A stretch of DNA of 64,000 bases from the human T2T-CHM13v2.0 reference genome, Homo sapiens. The notes beneath the pieces are model-generated. The model ran no database searches. It saw only the letters and a program-made list of their open reading frames with translations, and was not told where the DNA came from. Positions within the stretch are counted from its first letter, which is position 1; each line of letters starts with the position of its first letter. The stretch is taken from assembly GCF_009914755.1 (NCBI RefSeq), contig NC_060930.1; one strand, written 5' to 3'. Positions 42,383 to 55,282 of the stretch are shown here, one piece after another. The position numbers were made by a program, and so were the translations under genes.

Positions 42383-44079
42383 GTGACTGAAGTTTGCTCA
42401 AAATGATCCACAGAAACTCTTCCAAAGCCCTACACCTTTCATCCCTGAATCGTCTCCTCCAGCTCAAGGTCACCCAGAGAAAGAAACTAAAATGTCATTA
42501 CTTGGAATTATGTCTCTTCATTACCAAAAAGAAGATCCAACTTATGTTATTTCTGGCCCATTTAATAAATATTTTTTGAAGGTAAAAACATGGTCATTGA
42601 AGCAATAATGATTGCCTCTTTTGAGTTGAATATATTTGCAATTTCAGGCCTCTATAAGCCAGTTAGAAATACAGGGAATACATGAAATAACAGAGCTTCT
42701 CTGAACATTCTGCAAGATTCCACTTTGCCTCTGTAGAAAATGTGGGTATTATATGTAGATTTTCTGCAAAGTGCTCTGAAAATTCCATAAATCCCATCCT
42801 GCAGGGATTTCACTTTTCTGTAGCCTTTCCACCACACTTGTATCCTATCTCCGCTAAATATATGCTGCAATACCAACATTTCCATAGACAAAGCACTGCA
42901 CACTAATAAAACACAACACTGTTTACATACAGTGCAAATATATAACATATTTTTAGCATAGGTTAGGAGCAATATTTTTAGATGGATGGAGCCTGCAGTG
43001 CTATTAGTAACAAACTTCTACTGTAAATTACTGGCCTAAATAGAAATTTATGTTCCATAAAACCCAGCATGAAACAATAAGTTAGAAATATTTAAATAAC
43101 ATTTTACAGAGTGTTAAGCAGCAAGTGCAACTGTGTCAGGCTGAGTTGGTTACTGAAAAGGAGAGTTGGGCACTGTCATAGAAAGGTCCCCAAGCAGCAA
43201 GACGATTCCTTGGTCTTTTATATAACTTAAAAAAAATTATATATGAAATCCAGATTTGCCATACTAGTATGTCAAAGGTAGCCTACATGTTGAAAACAAG
43301 TAAAAAATAACCAACCAGTCCAGGAATAAAATGTTGCAACTTCTACAGACAAAAGGCCAAATGGCACCTACAGGAGATGGGATTTTGGTTCCTACCTTCA
43401 TTCGTTTTCTAAAAATACGCTAGGCCTGCAATGTGAAAAGATGAGCTTATATCTAGGTAGGCCTTTCTAAGATCTATAATCCTGCTCAAGTCATAATCAA
43501 GCCCACTCTTGCATTACTCACATTTCACAGAACAAAGAATATTTCTATGATTTCTTGGGGGAAAATCAGCTTCCAATTTAAATGTATCTTTGCTCTTCTG
43601 CAAAATACCAAGATTTTAAACACTGTATTCAAAATCTAATATTGTAAGCCTGATACTATGGTTGGATCCTGTGAAGTATGTGAAAACACCATGGAAGCTC
43701 CTGAAATTTGTAATTTAGATATTTTTCCAAAATAATGGAAGTGAGGATTGGCTGGGGAGGTGAGGAAGGAAGAAAAGGTCCAACTTCTGTTTCTCTTCCA
43801 AACAGAACAAGAAGTCTTCAGGGATTCAGTAATAGAGATGACAGAATGCCATGTCTTCAAGTGAAAATAAAATGATAGCTTTCTCTCTTCTATTTATCCA
43901 TCTGCAATTCAGTAGGACAAATGCAATACTCTTTTTAAAAAATGGGCTCTGGAACCTCAATAAAAAGAAGTGAGTTCTCTGATTCATAAATAATGTCCCC
44001 AAATAAGAAATAAACAATAGTTTTGGGTTATGGTTTTGTTTTATTAAGGCAGGAGATTGGTACTGGCATGCTGATTTTT

Positions 44080-44939
44080 TCCAATGGATTATCCAGTTTT
44101 CATCCTTAAATTCCACATGCCTAAAATTGGATTCATTTCTTTCCCAATCTGACTTATCTCTTTGCCTATTTCTGTCAGTGCTATTTTAATTCTACCAACC
44201 GTCTACATTAAAGCCCTCATTCATCACTTCTGATTCCTACTCTGCTCTTATCGGTAGAACCAATATGGAAGCTCAGTAAGAGTACAAATCCTAAGTACAC
44301 TGGGATGGTGTCTCTTATTCACCTTTCATTCATTCTTTCGCCCCTACCATATGACAAAGACAGTGATAGGTACTGGGTAAAAGTGAACAAAACAGTCACA
44401 ATCCCTGCCTTCATGGAGCTTACAATCTAGTAGAGAAGACATACATTAAATAAAGATATAATAATAAATTGTGATAAGTGCTTGAAAGAAAAATACTTGG
44501 TATGGAGGAATTAATTAAGGGGTGATGGTAGTCAAAAAGGCTTCTCTCTGGTAGTAAAAACTGAGCTGAGACTAAAGGGTAAGTATAACATATAAGTAAG
44601 CTAGATGAAGACTAGGGGAAGAGTATTCTAGAAAGAAAGGCAATGTGTTGGGAAACCCTAAGATAGGAAAGAGCTTGGCACATTTTAGGAAAATGCACAA
44701 AAGGCCAATAAGGCTGGAGTATTTAATAAATGGGCAGTACAGTGGCCTTGTAGACCATATTAAGAAGTTGGGTTTTATCTCATACTTCCATATAATGAGA
44801 AGCTTAATGGGTTATGTACATGATCTGATTTATGTCTTAAAAAGAACACTCTAACTGCTGAGTAGAAAATGGAGAGAAGAAAAGATGGAAACAGGAAAAC
44901 TAGTTATGGGGCTATTGCAGTAGTTCTGGAAAGAGCTGA
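44080..44939. mobile_element. L2 fragments (sense ~44080-44330, antisense ~44330-44939)
   Basis: ATCCCTGCCTTCATGGAGCTTACAATCTAGT..GGCCTTGTAGACCAT..GGCTATTGCAGTAGT. Confidence 0.78.
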
Positions 44940-45276
44940 GGCTGGGCGTGGTAGCTCGTAACTGTAATTCCAGCACATTGGGAGTTGACGTGGGCGGATC
45001 AACCGAGGTCAAGAGCTTGAGATCAGCTCGGCTAATATGGTGAAATTCTGTCTCTACTAAAAATAGAAAAATTAGCCAGGCGAGGTGGTACATGCCTATA
45101 ATCCCAGCTACTCAGGCGGCTGAGACAGGAGAATTGCTGGAACCTGGGAGGCAGAGGTTGCACGAAGCTGAGATGGCACCACTGCACTACAGCCTGGGCA
45201 AAAGAGTGAGACTCTGTTTCAAGAAAGAAAAAACAGAACGGAAAAGAAAAGAAGAGAAGAGAAGAGAAAAGAAAAA
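44940..45276 (+). mobile_element. AluS with GA-rich tail
   Basis: Perfect 12-bp TSD GGAAAGAGCTGA (44928-44939, 45277-45288). Confidence 0.95.
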
Positions 45277-45579
45277 GGAAAGAGCTGAGAGTAACCTGAA
45301 CTAATCAAAGCCATCTTCATTCCCAGGGCCTAGCACAGCTCCTGGTTCATACAAATACATGAATCAATAACAGCATCAGTTCTCAAAGCTCTTTTTTTAA
45401 TAGTATTTCCACTTGTTCCAGCATAGAGATATCCTCCTGTCTCTTTCTTAAACATAATTACATTCATTTCCAGGGCCAAATTTTTAGTCCACATCATGAT
45501 AAAAAAAATTAGATGATCTCTAATGCCTATAATTTGAAGTTCAAACTCAACTGCCACATTAAACTCCAAATGAAAGTAA

Positions 45580-46030
45580 AGTATACTTTTAAAAAATCTC
45601 AATCAGATAAATAAGCAAAAATTTATATACAAGAATATTCATCAGAGCGTTATTTACAACAGCAAAACAGAAACTATATGTGCTTCAATATAGGAAAAGT
45701 CAAATTATGGTACCTCTATATAATGAAACACTATACACCCCTCGAAAATGTTTTCAAGGAACATTTAATAATGTAGGGAAAAGTAAAACAATGTTAAATG
45801 AAATAAGCAGAATATAAAACATACATAATATGATCTGAAGTTCAATTTTAAAAAGAATACATACATATACACATGGCCAAAAAGAAGTAAAATGAAGTAC
45901 TGAATTAGTGGTCTACGGACTATAAGATTATGGGTGATTTTTACCATCTCAATCTTTTTCTATTTTCCAAATTTTCTTCAATAGTAATACTTATATTCTC
46001 AGAAAATCTCCTAGTAACAGTTACATTTAA
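45580..46030 (+). mobile_element. L1ME-like 3' fragment
   Basis: TATACAAGAATATTCATCAGAGCGTTATTTACAACAGCAAAA..AAATTATGGTAC..GATTATGGGTGATTTT. Confidence 0.75.
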
Positions 46031-48569
46031 AAGGAAAAAACATCTTCAGCTGGATCCACATTGCTGTCTCCATCTTTGTTCAAATCTGTGGCTGTGTTTC
46101 CTACAGCCCAGCTTCCACCATTGCCTGAACATAGCATATTCCTGCTCTGCAGCTATGGGTCTGTGAGGCTTCCCTCAGCATCTCAAAGCCTGCCCTCAAC
46201 ATTTACTACGCAAAGCACTAATCTGACACAACATATGCTGCCTTTAGCTCTCATCTTCTCTGTCCAATTCACTGTTTTCTGGTTTTTTGTCCTTCCCCAC
46301 AGCACCACGCACAGCATCATCCTATACAGGAATGTAATATTTGTTGACTGCCCAGAATGAACAAGTTATTCCAATATAAGGGCCACAATTTGGTTCTGAG
46401 AAGAACAGCATACCCATGATCTCTTGGGTCTCTGCTGTTTTTCAGCCAAAAGCTGCTGCCATACTTCCCAGTTTGAACCACGGACTGATAGGGCAGGGAA
46501 GAGAAGTGGAGAGGAGGTCTAGCTCAACCCCTGAAATGAACACTGAGTTCTAAAGGTCCAGAGAGATTCTCTGAGAGTCTCAGAGAATCTGAGCCAGGCC
46601 TGGAAACACGATGGCTCTAGATTCAGTGGTCTTATTCCCAGTCTGTTCTATGGCAGCTCCCTCCAAGAGCTCTTCTCCCTAACTCTTCAAAGAATGTAAA
46701 CTGGCTAATTAAGTCTGGAAATGTCCACTCGATTTCCTGAATGTCCATTTGGCAGGCTGGAAAAAATTAATTTGGGGTTGCCATTGTGTTTTTCACTCTG
46801 TATAATTTAACCGTTAAATATCAAAGGTTCACTGAAGTAAATGAAAGTAGTTTTTAAGCTTAACGGTTAGACACTTTAAAAATTGTTTTCAAGGCAGCAC
46901 AGCACAAAGGCCAGAATCATCTGATCACAAATTCCTCCCAGGGATATAAAATTAAAAGCATAATTCAGTGTACTTGTAAGGCTACATCTTCCCTTCTCAC
47001 ATCCTTGGAATAAATGAATGCAGACCTGAGTGAAGCCAGGGTGCATAACATGTGCTTATGAGCCAGCCTGAAAAGTACACATTTCACAACTCCAGGAAGA
47101 CATATTAAAGTCACTGATGAATAATTATTCTGATAAAGCTCTAAGATCCTATGAGGTTAGGCTGTGATTTGAGTTGACAGCTTTGCTTATAAACATTGGT
47201 TCTAAAAAATACCAATTAATGATTCATTTGAATCCTGCTTTGCTCTGATACTGTCCAAATTCTGGCATTTCATGTCATGTCGTCGTCTTTTACCATATAA
47301 ACTTCAGTTTTATCAAGGCAAAGACAGTAAAAAATACTTTCAAGTAAAAATAATACAAATAACAAAGGATCTATTTTACTGTTGTGAACTCTGACAATTT
47401 CCTCTTTGCATTAAAAAAGATAATAAGTGTCAAACCAGTTATTATAACACATGACAGCTTCAGAATAGAGACAGCGTATCCAGCTTTATATTATTCAGTA
47501 TAGACACATGGGAAAAGAGCAAACAGTTTTTCTAACAGATTTCTCTGCCTCAATGCCAATATGGCAAATAATCATAGGAAAATGTTATTACTATACCTAA
47601 TTTTCCCTTGGAGCTTTTAAATAGAAACTTTTGTTAACTGATTTTTAAAATATGCACAGGGAGTGAGGACAGCAACAACACTACATGGGGCCCTGCCAGT
47701 GACATTCAGGCTTCAGAGAGGTGACACCTGGGATGGGTGGGGTTCTGAAGATTAATAAGGGCTGAGGACCAGGGGATGCATGACAAAGACAGATGTCTAT
47801 CCTAAAAGGGAAGAGCTCCTGAAATGGCATGAATTCCACTGAGGGAGAAGTTGGGGAAATGAAATGAGAAAGCTTAATCTGCGCTTTCTTTCTCTAATTA
47901 CTGGGGATGACAATCAAAATTAGAGGAGAGTAAAGTAATCCAGATGTACAAGGAACAGAAGCAAAATGAAGTAGTTAAAAGACATTTTATTAGAGACTAA
48001 GAGCGATTCACTTCAACTAAGTGTTACCTAGTACCTACTATGTGCTAGCTGTAACATCGAAATACAATTGAATAGACAGGGCTTATTTTGTAAGAGCAAA
48101 CTCTCATCTACAGGACATGCCAGGGGCAGAATCATGCTTACAATAAGATGCTCAGAAGCAAGACTGTCTTTTCCTTTATACCTAAAAAAGCTTGTTTAGC
48201 AAACAGAGTTATCTTTATCTGAAATGCTTCTAATCCTGTGCTTTGTATTTATATCCATACCTTTTAGATAAGACCTACTTTATTGCCAATTCTCACATTT
48301 TACTGAGCTAACGAGCAGTACCTATATTTGCTGATTTTATTTTCTGTCACCCTAGTGTTATCATAACTTAATGCTATCAGGGAATAGGAAAGAATCAATG
48401 CTGATTATAGTTAAGAAAGCGAGGATGAAAGCAATACGAACTGGGGGTATTTGAATTTGTAAAGCCTCTACAGGAGGTCTTCTTATCCTCGAGTCATTTA
48501 AGAATTACTCACTTAACTCAAACTGAGCAACGATGCCACGAACACATCAAGTAAAGCCATCAGTGGCTC

Positions 48570-48815
48570 TGTGGTGAGGCAGCATGGTTTAGTGGAAAGA
48601 CAATTCACACAAGGTCTTTAGAGTCAGGTGAACCCGTTTTTGAAATCTGGCCCCATCACTTTTTAAAAACGGTGCAACCTCTCTGGGCTTCAATTTCTTC
48701 ATCTGTAAGAATGAGAATACCCCTGCTGCCACAGGGATGTTATACAGGATTAGGTAAGACAAAAAGCATGTGTGAGTGCCTAAGAGGAAGCAGCATGTGG
48801 TCAATACATGCTGTT
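48570..48815 (+). mobile_element. MIR
   Basis: GAGGCAGCATGGTTTAGTGGAAAGA..AACCTCTCTGGGCTTCAATTTCTTCATCTGTAA. Confidence 0.88.
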
Positions 48816-50420
48816 TCCTCTCTTTTCCCTCAACTGCTTCCTACCAGGAAGGGGGAGGGGGTCAGAAGTTTAAAAATTTTACCACCAGTCTCTGATTACG
48901 TGCGTATATATGTGAGGAGAAACATGTGCAAAGGAAGGTTATATATTTCTGAGTACTGGGCTCTCATGAGCTTTGCCACCTTTAAAATATTTTGGTTTTA
49001 TTTTATTGATTTTGACTATCATATTAGCTTACTCATATATATCATCTGACACATCCATTTACTGGTCTTTTAAGCATCTCTGGGCATGTGGATGCTTGAA
49101 AAATAGTTTATTAGTATGATTTGACTATCTCTATCTTGTCTCCTATTTTTTTTAGAGAATTACATGGCCGGCAGTGAGGATGGTGTCAAATCTCATCAGT
49201 CATCTACAACCACTTTCTCTGACCCTTTCTGCATCATTGAATTTGACTCCCTTTCTTCCCATACTCTCCTTGGAGGACCTAAGAGGAAATGTACATGGGC
49301 AGACAAAACAGAAAACTAAAGGAGGGAAGATAAGTGGGTTCTTGGCTTCCGGAAGGATTCTGACCTACTTCACTTGCCTTCAAATTCTGTGTGAATTTAT
49401 TTCAGAAGCTACAGGGAAGAGCTAAGAACTCCTGTTTTCCTTGGAGAAGGGAAGAAACAAATGCCAGATTAAAACTCAGAGGAAACTCTGGAAATTATAA
49501 GCGAGGCTGCTACTATATAATGACCAAGTCGCCTTGGTATGTCTTGTGAGCTAAAATTCCATTTCACTTTTATCATATATAAAACCAGGATTATAGCTCC
49601 AGGAGGAGCTACAATCTGTGTTCTCTTTGGTCTATCTGAACATCCCAAATAGTATCACAGTCTACCTGAAGAAGTGCTGCTGAAATAGACTGACAATGCT
49701 TCAATTATTTTGGCTGCAGGCAAAGACAAAATAAGTCTCAGGAGTTCTCCAAAAGCTCAAAAAGTTCTCTGTAAACTATGCTGTTATCAAATGGAAACGA
49801 CAAGAACGCGACCAACACCACAGGAGGAGAGATTTCCCTGGGCTTTGCTCTGGCTATGAAAGAGTTTCCAAATATACAATGAAAAGTCAGTGGAACCTGA
49901 CAGGCGCCCAATGTGGAGCACAGGGGTTCAGACACACAACCCCTCCAGCTCCTCTCCCGACGGCTTCCCACCCACTGAGCACTGGCCAAACCCTGGTTAA
50001 GCGAGCACTGACCTTCCTGTTTATCTGATAATCCACACAGTGTAGATGGGAAAAAATTGAAAGATAGAAAGGAGGAAGCATAAAAAAAATCATTTCCTCA
50101 ATGTTAGTAAAAACATAAATTGGTTACATGACAAACATGAGGTGGTGACTATGTTAATGGTACAATGGCAAAGTTATTACAATCTTTGGAAGAAAAAAAA
50201 AATCCCATTTCTTCACAACTTTCCAACATTTTAAAATCCAAGCCCAGGCTTGAATCACTGCTTTATGAGGTAACACTCCCTTTCTGACTGCATCCGTGTG
50301 ACTGGGCCACCAAGTCCCACTGATGTAGTTGGTATTACTACTGCTCAATCAACACCTCTCAGAACAACAACTTTCACTTCAGAATCCAAGCCTCAAGTTA
50401 TAGGGGGCACTAAAATCTTT

Positions 50421-50732
<312 letters not shown>

Positions 50733-50849
50733 TAAAATCTTTAAATAAACGCTCTTTTCTATAGACTGCTAAGAGAAATAGAAGGGAAAAAAGCAATACA
50801 ATACTTAAGATTTACTGGAGAAGTACTACTGGGAATTGAGGGGAGAGTG

Positions 50850-51060
50850 TACTCTTTGGAAACAGATAAACGTAGCTCTGAAACCCTGCCTTGCTCCTTG
50901 CTAGCTGCATGATTCTGAGCAAGCTTCTTGATACTCAGCTTCCTCATCCATAAATACGGGGAGCAATGCACTTCCTTTGCAGGGCTCTTGTGGGCTGAGA
51001 GACAGCATGCATTCAACACTCAGAGTACCTCTCCTTTGTCGGTGCTCAATAAACAGTAGC
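50850..51060 (+). mobile_element. MIR
   Basis: CTAGCTGCATGATTCTGAGCAAG..CTCAGCTTCCTCATCCATAAA..GTGCTCAATAAA. Confidence 0.75.
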
Positions 51061-53579
51061 TCATCTCTGCCATTCCTGGAGTTAAGGCAGAAGACCCACA
51101 GTACAGCACTCTGCTTAGGAGCTCTTATGAAAGTGTAGGTCAGATTGGTGCAAGTCCTGTCAAATGGGCATTGGTGGGTTACACAATCTGCTTTTAGCCT
51201 CTCATTTAAATTAAGCATGGGCCAGAACATCAAACTCTTTTCAAGAAATCAGTGCTGTAACTGGGACCCTGAGACTACCTCCATGCAAAGTAGTATATAA
51301 GTAAAAAGCTCTAATTTTGCTTGTAGCTCAGCTATAGAACACGCCAAAACCCCCCACCAAACCCACTGTTCTAAGTAATGGAAGTGTACTCTGAGAACCA
51401 TCTGAAAAGAAGCCTGACAACTTGCCTGTCTTATTCCCCACCTGACCTCAATCTTTCTTCCTCTGAGTGGATGATTCCAGTGCCAGTTTTAGATCCAGTG
51501 CCTACCCAAGATTTGGCGCTTCCCAAACAGACTGTAGTGTTGGTAGACAGCATATAGCCATCACACAGGCTGACACTAAGAGATAGTGGGTATGAATGTG
51601 CGCTCTGTGCAAAATCCTCATGGGGAAGGAAGGCAACACCTGGGTACCTTTGGCAATGTAAAAATTCCCTTCTTTTAAAAATGCTCTTTAAACAAAGAGC
51701 TTTATATCTAGACTCAAAAATGCCTTTCCATCAGTATCAGCTTCTCCCAGGTAAAAGGAAGTGAAGACAGAAACAATGGAAATCCCATTGAGTAGGGAGA
51801 GGCAAAACAGAAAGGTTTATTCTAACGTGAGAGGAGCCCATGATGATGTGAAAGGGAAAGAAGAGAGAAGAATGGCATATAACCTGGAAGATTCAAGTAC
51901 ATTCACAGATAGATACTTTCCCAAGGTGTGCAGGAATCTAGCCCTTCTTCAAGGAGACAACCATAGCATCATATAATTCAAATTAATTCCTTTCTGAATG
52001 AGAGCTGAGTAACAAAGACAAAACTTGGCAAGATGGCACAGCACAGTGAGTGCAAAATTGTATTCCCAGTTGATACTTGGTGAGATGTTAGGTTGTCAGC
52101 TTAATGTAAAATAAAATGAGGCCGCACATCGTAAAGTGTTTTGAAAAGTAAAAATCCAAGGGAGATAGGAAGGCAGCATTTTAATGAGTCTAGAGAAAAT
52201 GAATTCCAGGGTGAGCAGCTCTGCTCACGACCTCTTTTCAGTTGGTATCCCATAGGCCTCTGGGAAGCGGGGCACATGAGGGAGGGGCCAGTGCCTGCCT
52301 CCACACTACCCCCTCTCCCCTAATGAGGCTGGCAGCACCATTTGCTAGCACCTGGCAGATGAGAGAGAAAGAAAACCTGGTGTGGAGACCCCCATCCATT
52401 AAAGGCAAGAGAGTGAAAAGTGGGAGAGAAAGCTCCCAAGTTCAACAGCAGTGACCTAGGGTCATGCAGTGAGGACTTACAAAGGTATAAAAGCTTCTTT
52501 ATTCAGGTGGTTCCTTTCAGCGCAACTTATTTGATGATGCTTAATGCAGGCAGTTAAAAGAACAGTTCAGTTGGATATAACTTACAGTACGTCACACAAA
52601 TCTGGAGTGCCCAAGGAACATTAGTTTCAGGGAACACACTGAGATTATAACCAGCCTTTTTGCCAGGGGCAGCTTGTAACTCAGAAAGTCATGTTTCATT
52701 TAGGATGTGCTGTATAATGTTGAAGGGGAAAGTAACTATTTTGTTTTGTTGTGTTTCTTCCCAGTCCAAGAAGAAAGCATTTGGAGAAGTGCTACACATG
52801 CTCAACTGAACTTCCTGTCAAATTGTTCTCACTCGTTTGGGCACAAGTCTGCTTAAGCCATCTCTCATTAACATTTACTCTTGCCCGAAGCCCTCTACGC
52901 CCCCAACCCCTGCTAATCTTCCACAAGCAAGCTGATCACACTGGGATCTCCTTTTCCCAGACACGTTTGATTCTCACTTTCTCCTGAACCTAGAAATGTG
53001 CTTCCCACCAAAGCATGCCAGGCACTAACTCGTCCCTACTGAAAGGGGCTGTTAAAAGCTCATCTTCTTTCCAGATGGTAGTGAGGTGTGAGGTGATCCT
53101 TTCTCTTTCTTTTTTTTTTTTTTTTACTTTTAGCTACCCCTCAATTCTGGTGTTCAGTAACAATGTATTCCACTTAAAAGAGAGAAATCATATTAATTAT
53201 TCTAAGATATAAACACTTAATTTTATTCATGCTCTTGAATTACTTTCCTTTCTACCGCATGTTTGTGTAGCTGTTATATGAGTCCTTTCTACTGATGTAG
53301 CTGTCATTCCTTCAACTCAGTTCTTGCCAAACACTGAGCTATGTCTGGAGATACAAAGATAACTACTCTTGTTGAAGAGATGCCAGTTTAGTGGGGGAGA
53401 CAGACATGTAAACAGATCTGTATCTGAGATAGATGGCCTGGGTAGGAAAAGAATATATATAGCACAAATAACTCAGTGGACCTGCAAAAACAGAGCTTGA
53501 GGCCATGATATACCACAAAGACCCACCAAGGCACAAGCACTGTCAACATGAAGGTAAGGCTTCCATTTTTGCCTCTTTC

Positions 53580-54800
53580 AATCTGGGTACATCTATTCTA
53601 CATACTCTGCCTTTCCTCCTGTTACAGGAAAAGAAGGAACCTCAATTCTACCTAAAGTCAATCTTCTCCTTGAGCTAGAGATCCAGCCCCTCTCCCATAA
53701 TGAGGTACACGGCCCCTACAAAGATCCACTCTCCTGCATTATCAAATCCTCCCTCCCTGTGGTATCATTCCAGTCCACACACACACATACCTTAACATCA
53801 TCCTCCCTTGACCCTAGGTCCCCCTCCATCCTCTTCATCATTTCTCTGCTTCCCCTCCCAGTGATACTTTATCTTCTACATGTATTGCTACCCCTATTCC
53901 CTCAGCCTCTATTCCCTTCTCCCTTGACTCCACTGAAATGGCTCTTAAAGGACGCCACTAAGCTCTATCTTGCTACAACCAGGAGTCGATTTTCTGTTAC
54001 CTACTGCCCTCTCCCATCTCCCCTCCTCATACCGAAAGACTGACTTTTTAAGACTTCCATGAAAATGTTGTCCTTGTTTTCTTCCTGCCTCACTGGCAGC
54101 TCCTTCCCAGTCTCTTGTATTCACTTTTCCTTGCCCACCTGCTGTCTGGTCTTCCCTATAGTCCATTCTCACACTAGATCACACTAGAGTTATCTTTCAA
54201 AAATCTCAACTACCATCACCTGGTTTAAACCCTTCTATGGTTTCCCATCATCCTTAGAATTCGACACTATCAAGTCCCTGTAGGACATGGCTCCTGTCTA
54301 TCTGTCTGCCCTCATTGCTAAACATACCTTCCTCCCAACACCCTACAGACTATCTACCCACCAGATTTCAGAAACACATGGCCTTCTTTCTGTTCCTCAA
54401 AAACCCCAAGCTAGTTTCTACTTCACAGCCTTTACTCTTGCTGTTCCCTAGCCTGGAACACTTCTCCCTTAGATTGCTGCATAGCCAAGCCAACTTCTTG
54501 TAATTCAAGTTTTGGCTCAACTCACTTCCTCAGAAAGGCCTTCCCTGACCGTTCTGCTCAAGTGCTCCTTCCCCAAACTCAACCACTGGCTAGCTTATTC
54601 CCCCATTCCAATTTTGTCAAACTATGACTAGTCAGTATCATATTTATTTCTTTACATCTCATTTTTCTCTCTCTCCTACTACAATGTAAACTGCGTTAAG
54701 CAACAACTTAATCTCGTTTACTGCTATATGTCTACTTCCAGGCACAGTGTTTAGTATATTGTGGGTGCTCCGTAAACATTTTACTCAATGGATAAATGAA
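53580..54800 (+). mobile_element. L2
   Basis: CTCCACTGAAATGGCTCT..CACTGGCAGCTCCTTCCCAGTCTC..CCTCAGAAAGGCCTTCCCTGACC..GTGGGTGCTCCGTAAACATT. Confidence 0.85.
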
Positions 54801-55282
54801 ATGACGATGAAATCCTTGTTTAGAATCCTGTGTTCAGCTCTTTGCTCTTCAACTGTAGACATGCACAGAAGCATAAAGGTGAGACATAATAACTAGTGCA
54901 CAGGGAAATCAGACCTATGAAACTAGAACTAGAATTACTAAGGAAGTGTTATATTTTTATTCTTCAGGGGTAATCATTAGTTGTTTTTTAAATGTCTAAT
55001 GAGGATTAAATAAAAAGAAATGGATTAAAGGTTCAGCAGATGGGCGAAAGTTCTAGAGTAGATAAAATGTGGGTTAGATTTATAAAAACACTTCCTGGGA
55101 CTGACTACTATTTGAGATTATAATCAGTTCCTGAAGAAGAATACTGGATATCTTTTTAAAACAAAAAGAGATAACAGTAATCCTTTATCAACTGAGTGCT
55201 TCCTTTGTACCAAGACCTCTGCTAAGGCTGTTTTACAAGCCTGATCTCCTTTGACATTTGTAGCAACCCTATGAGACAGGTA

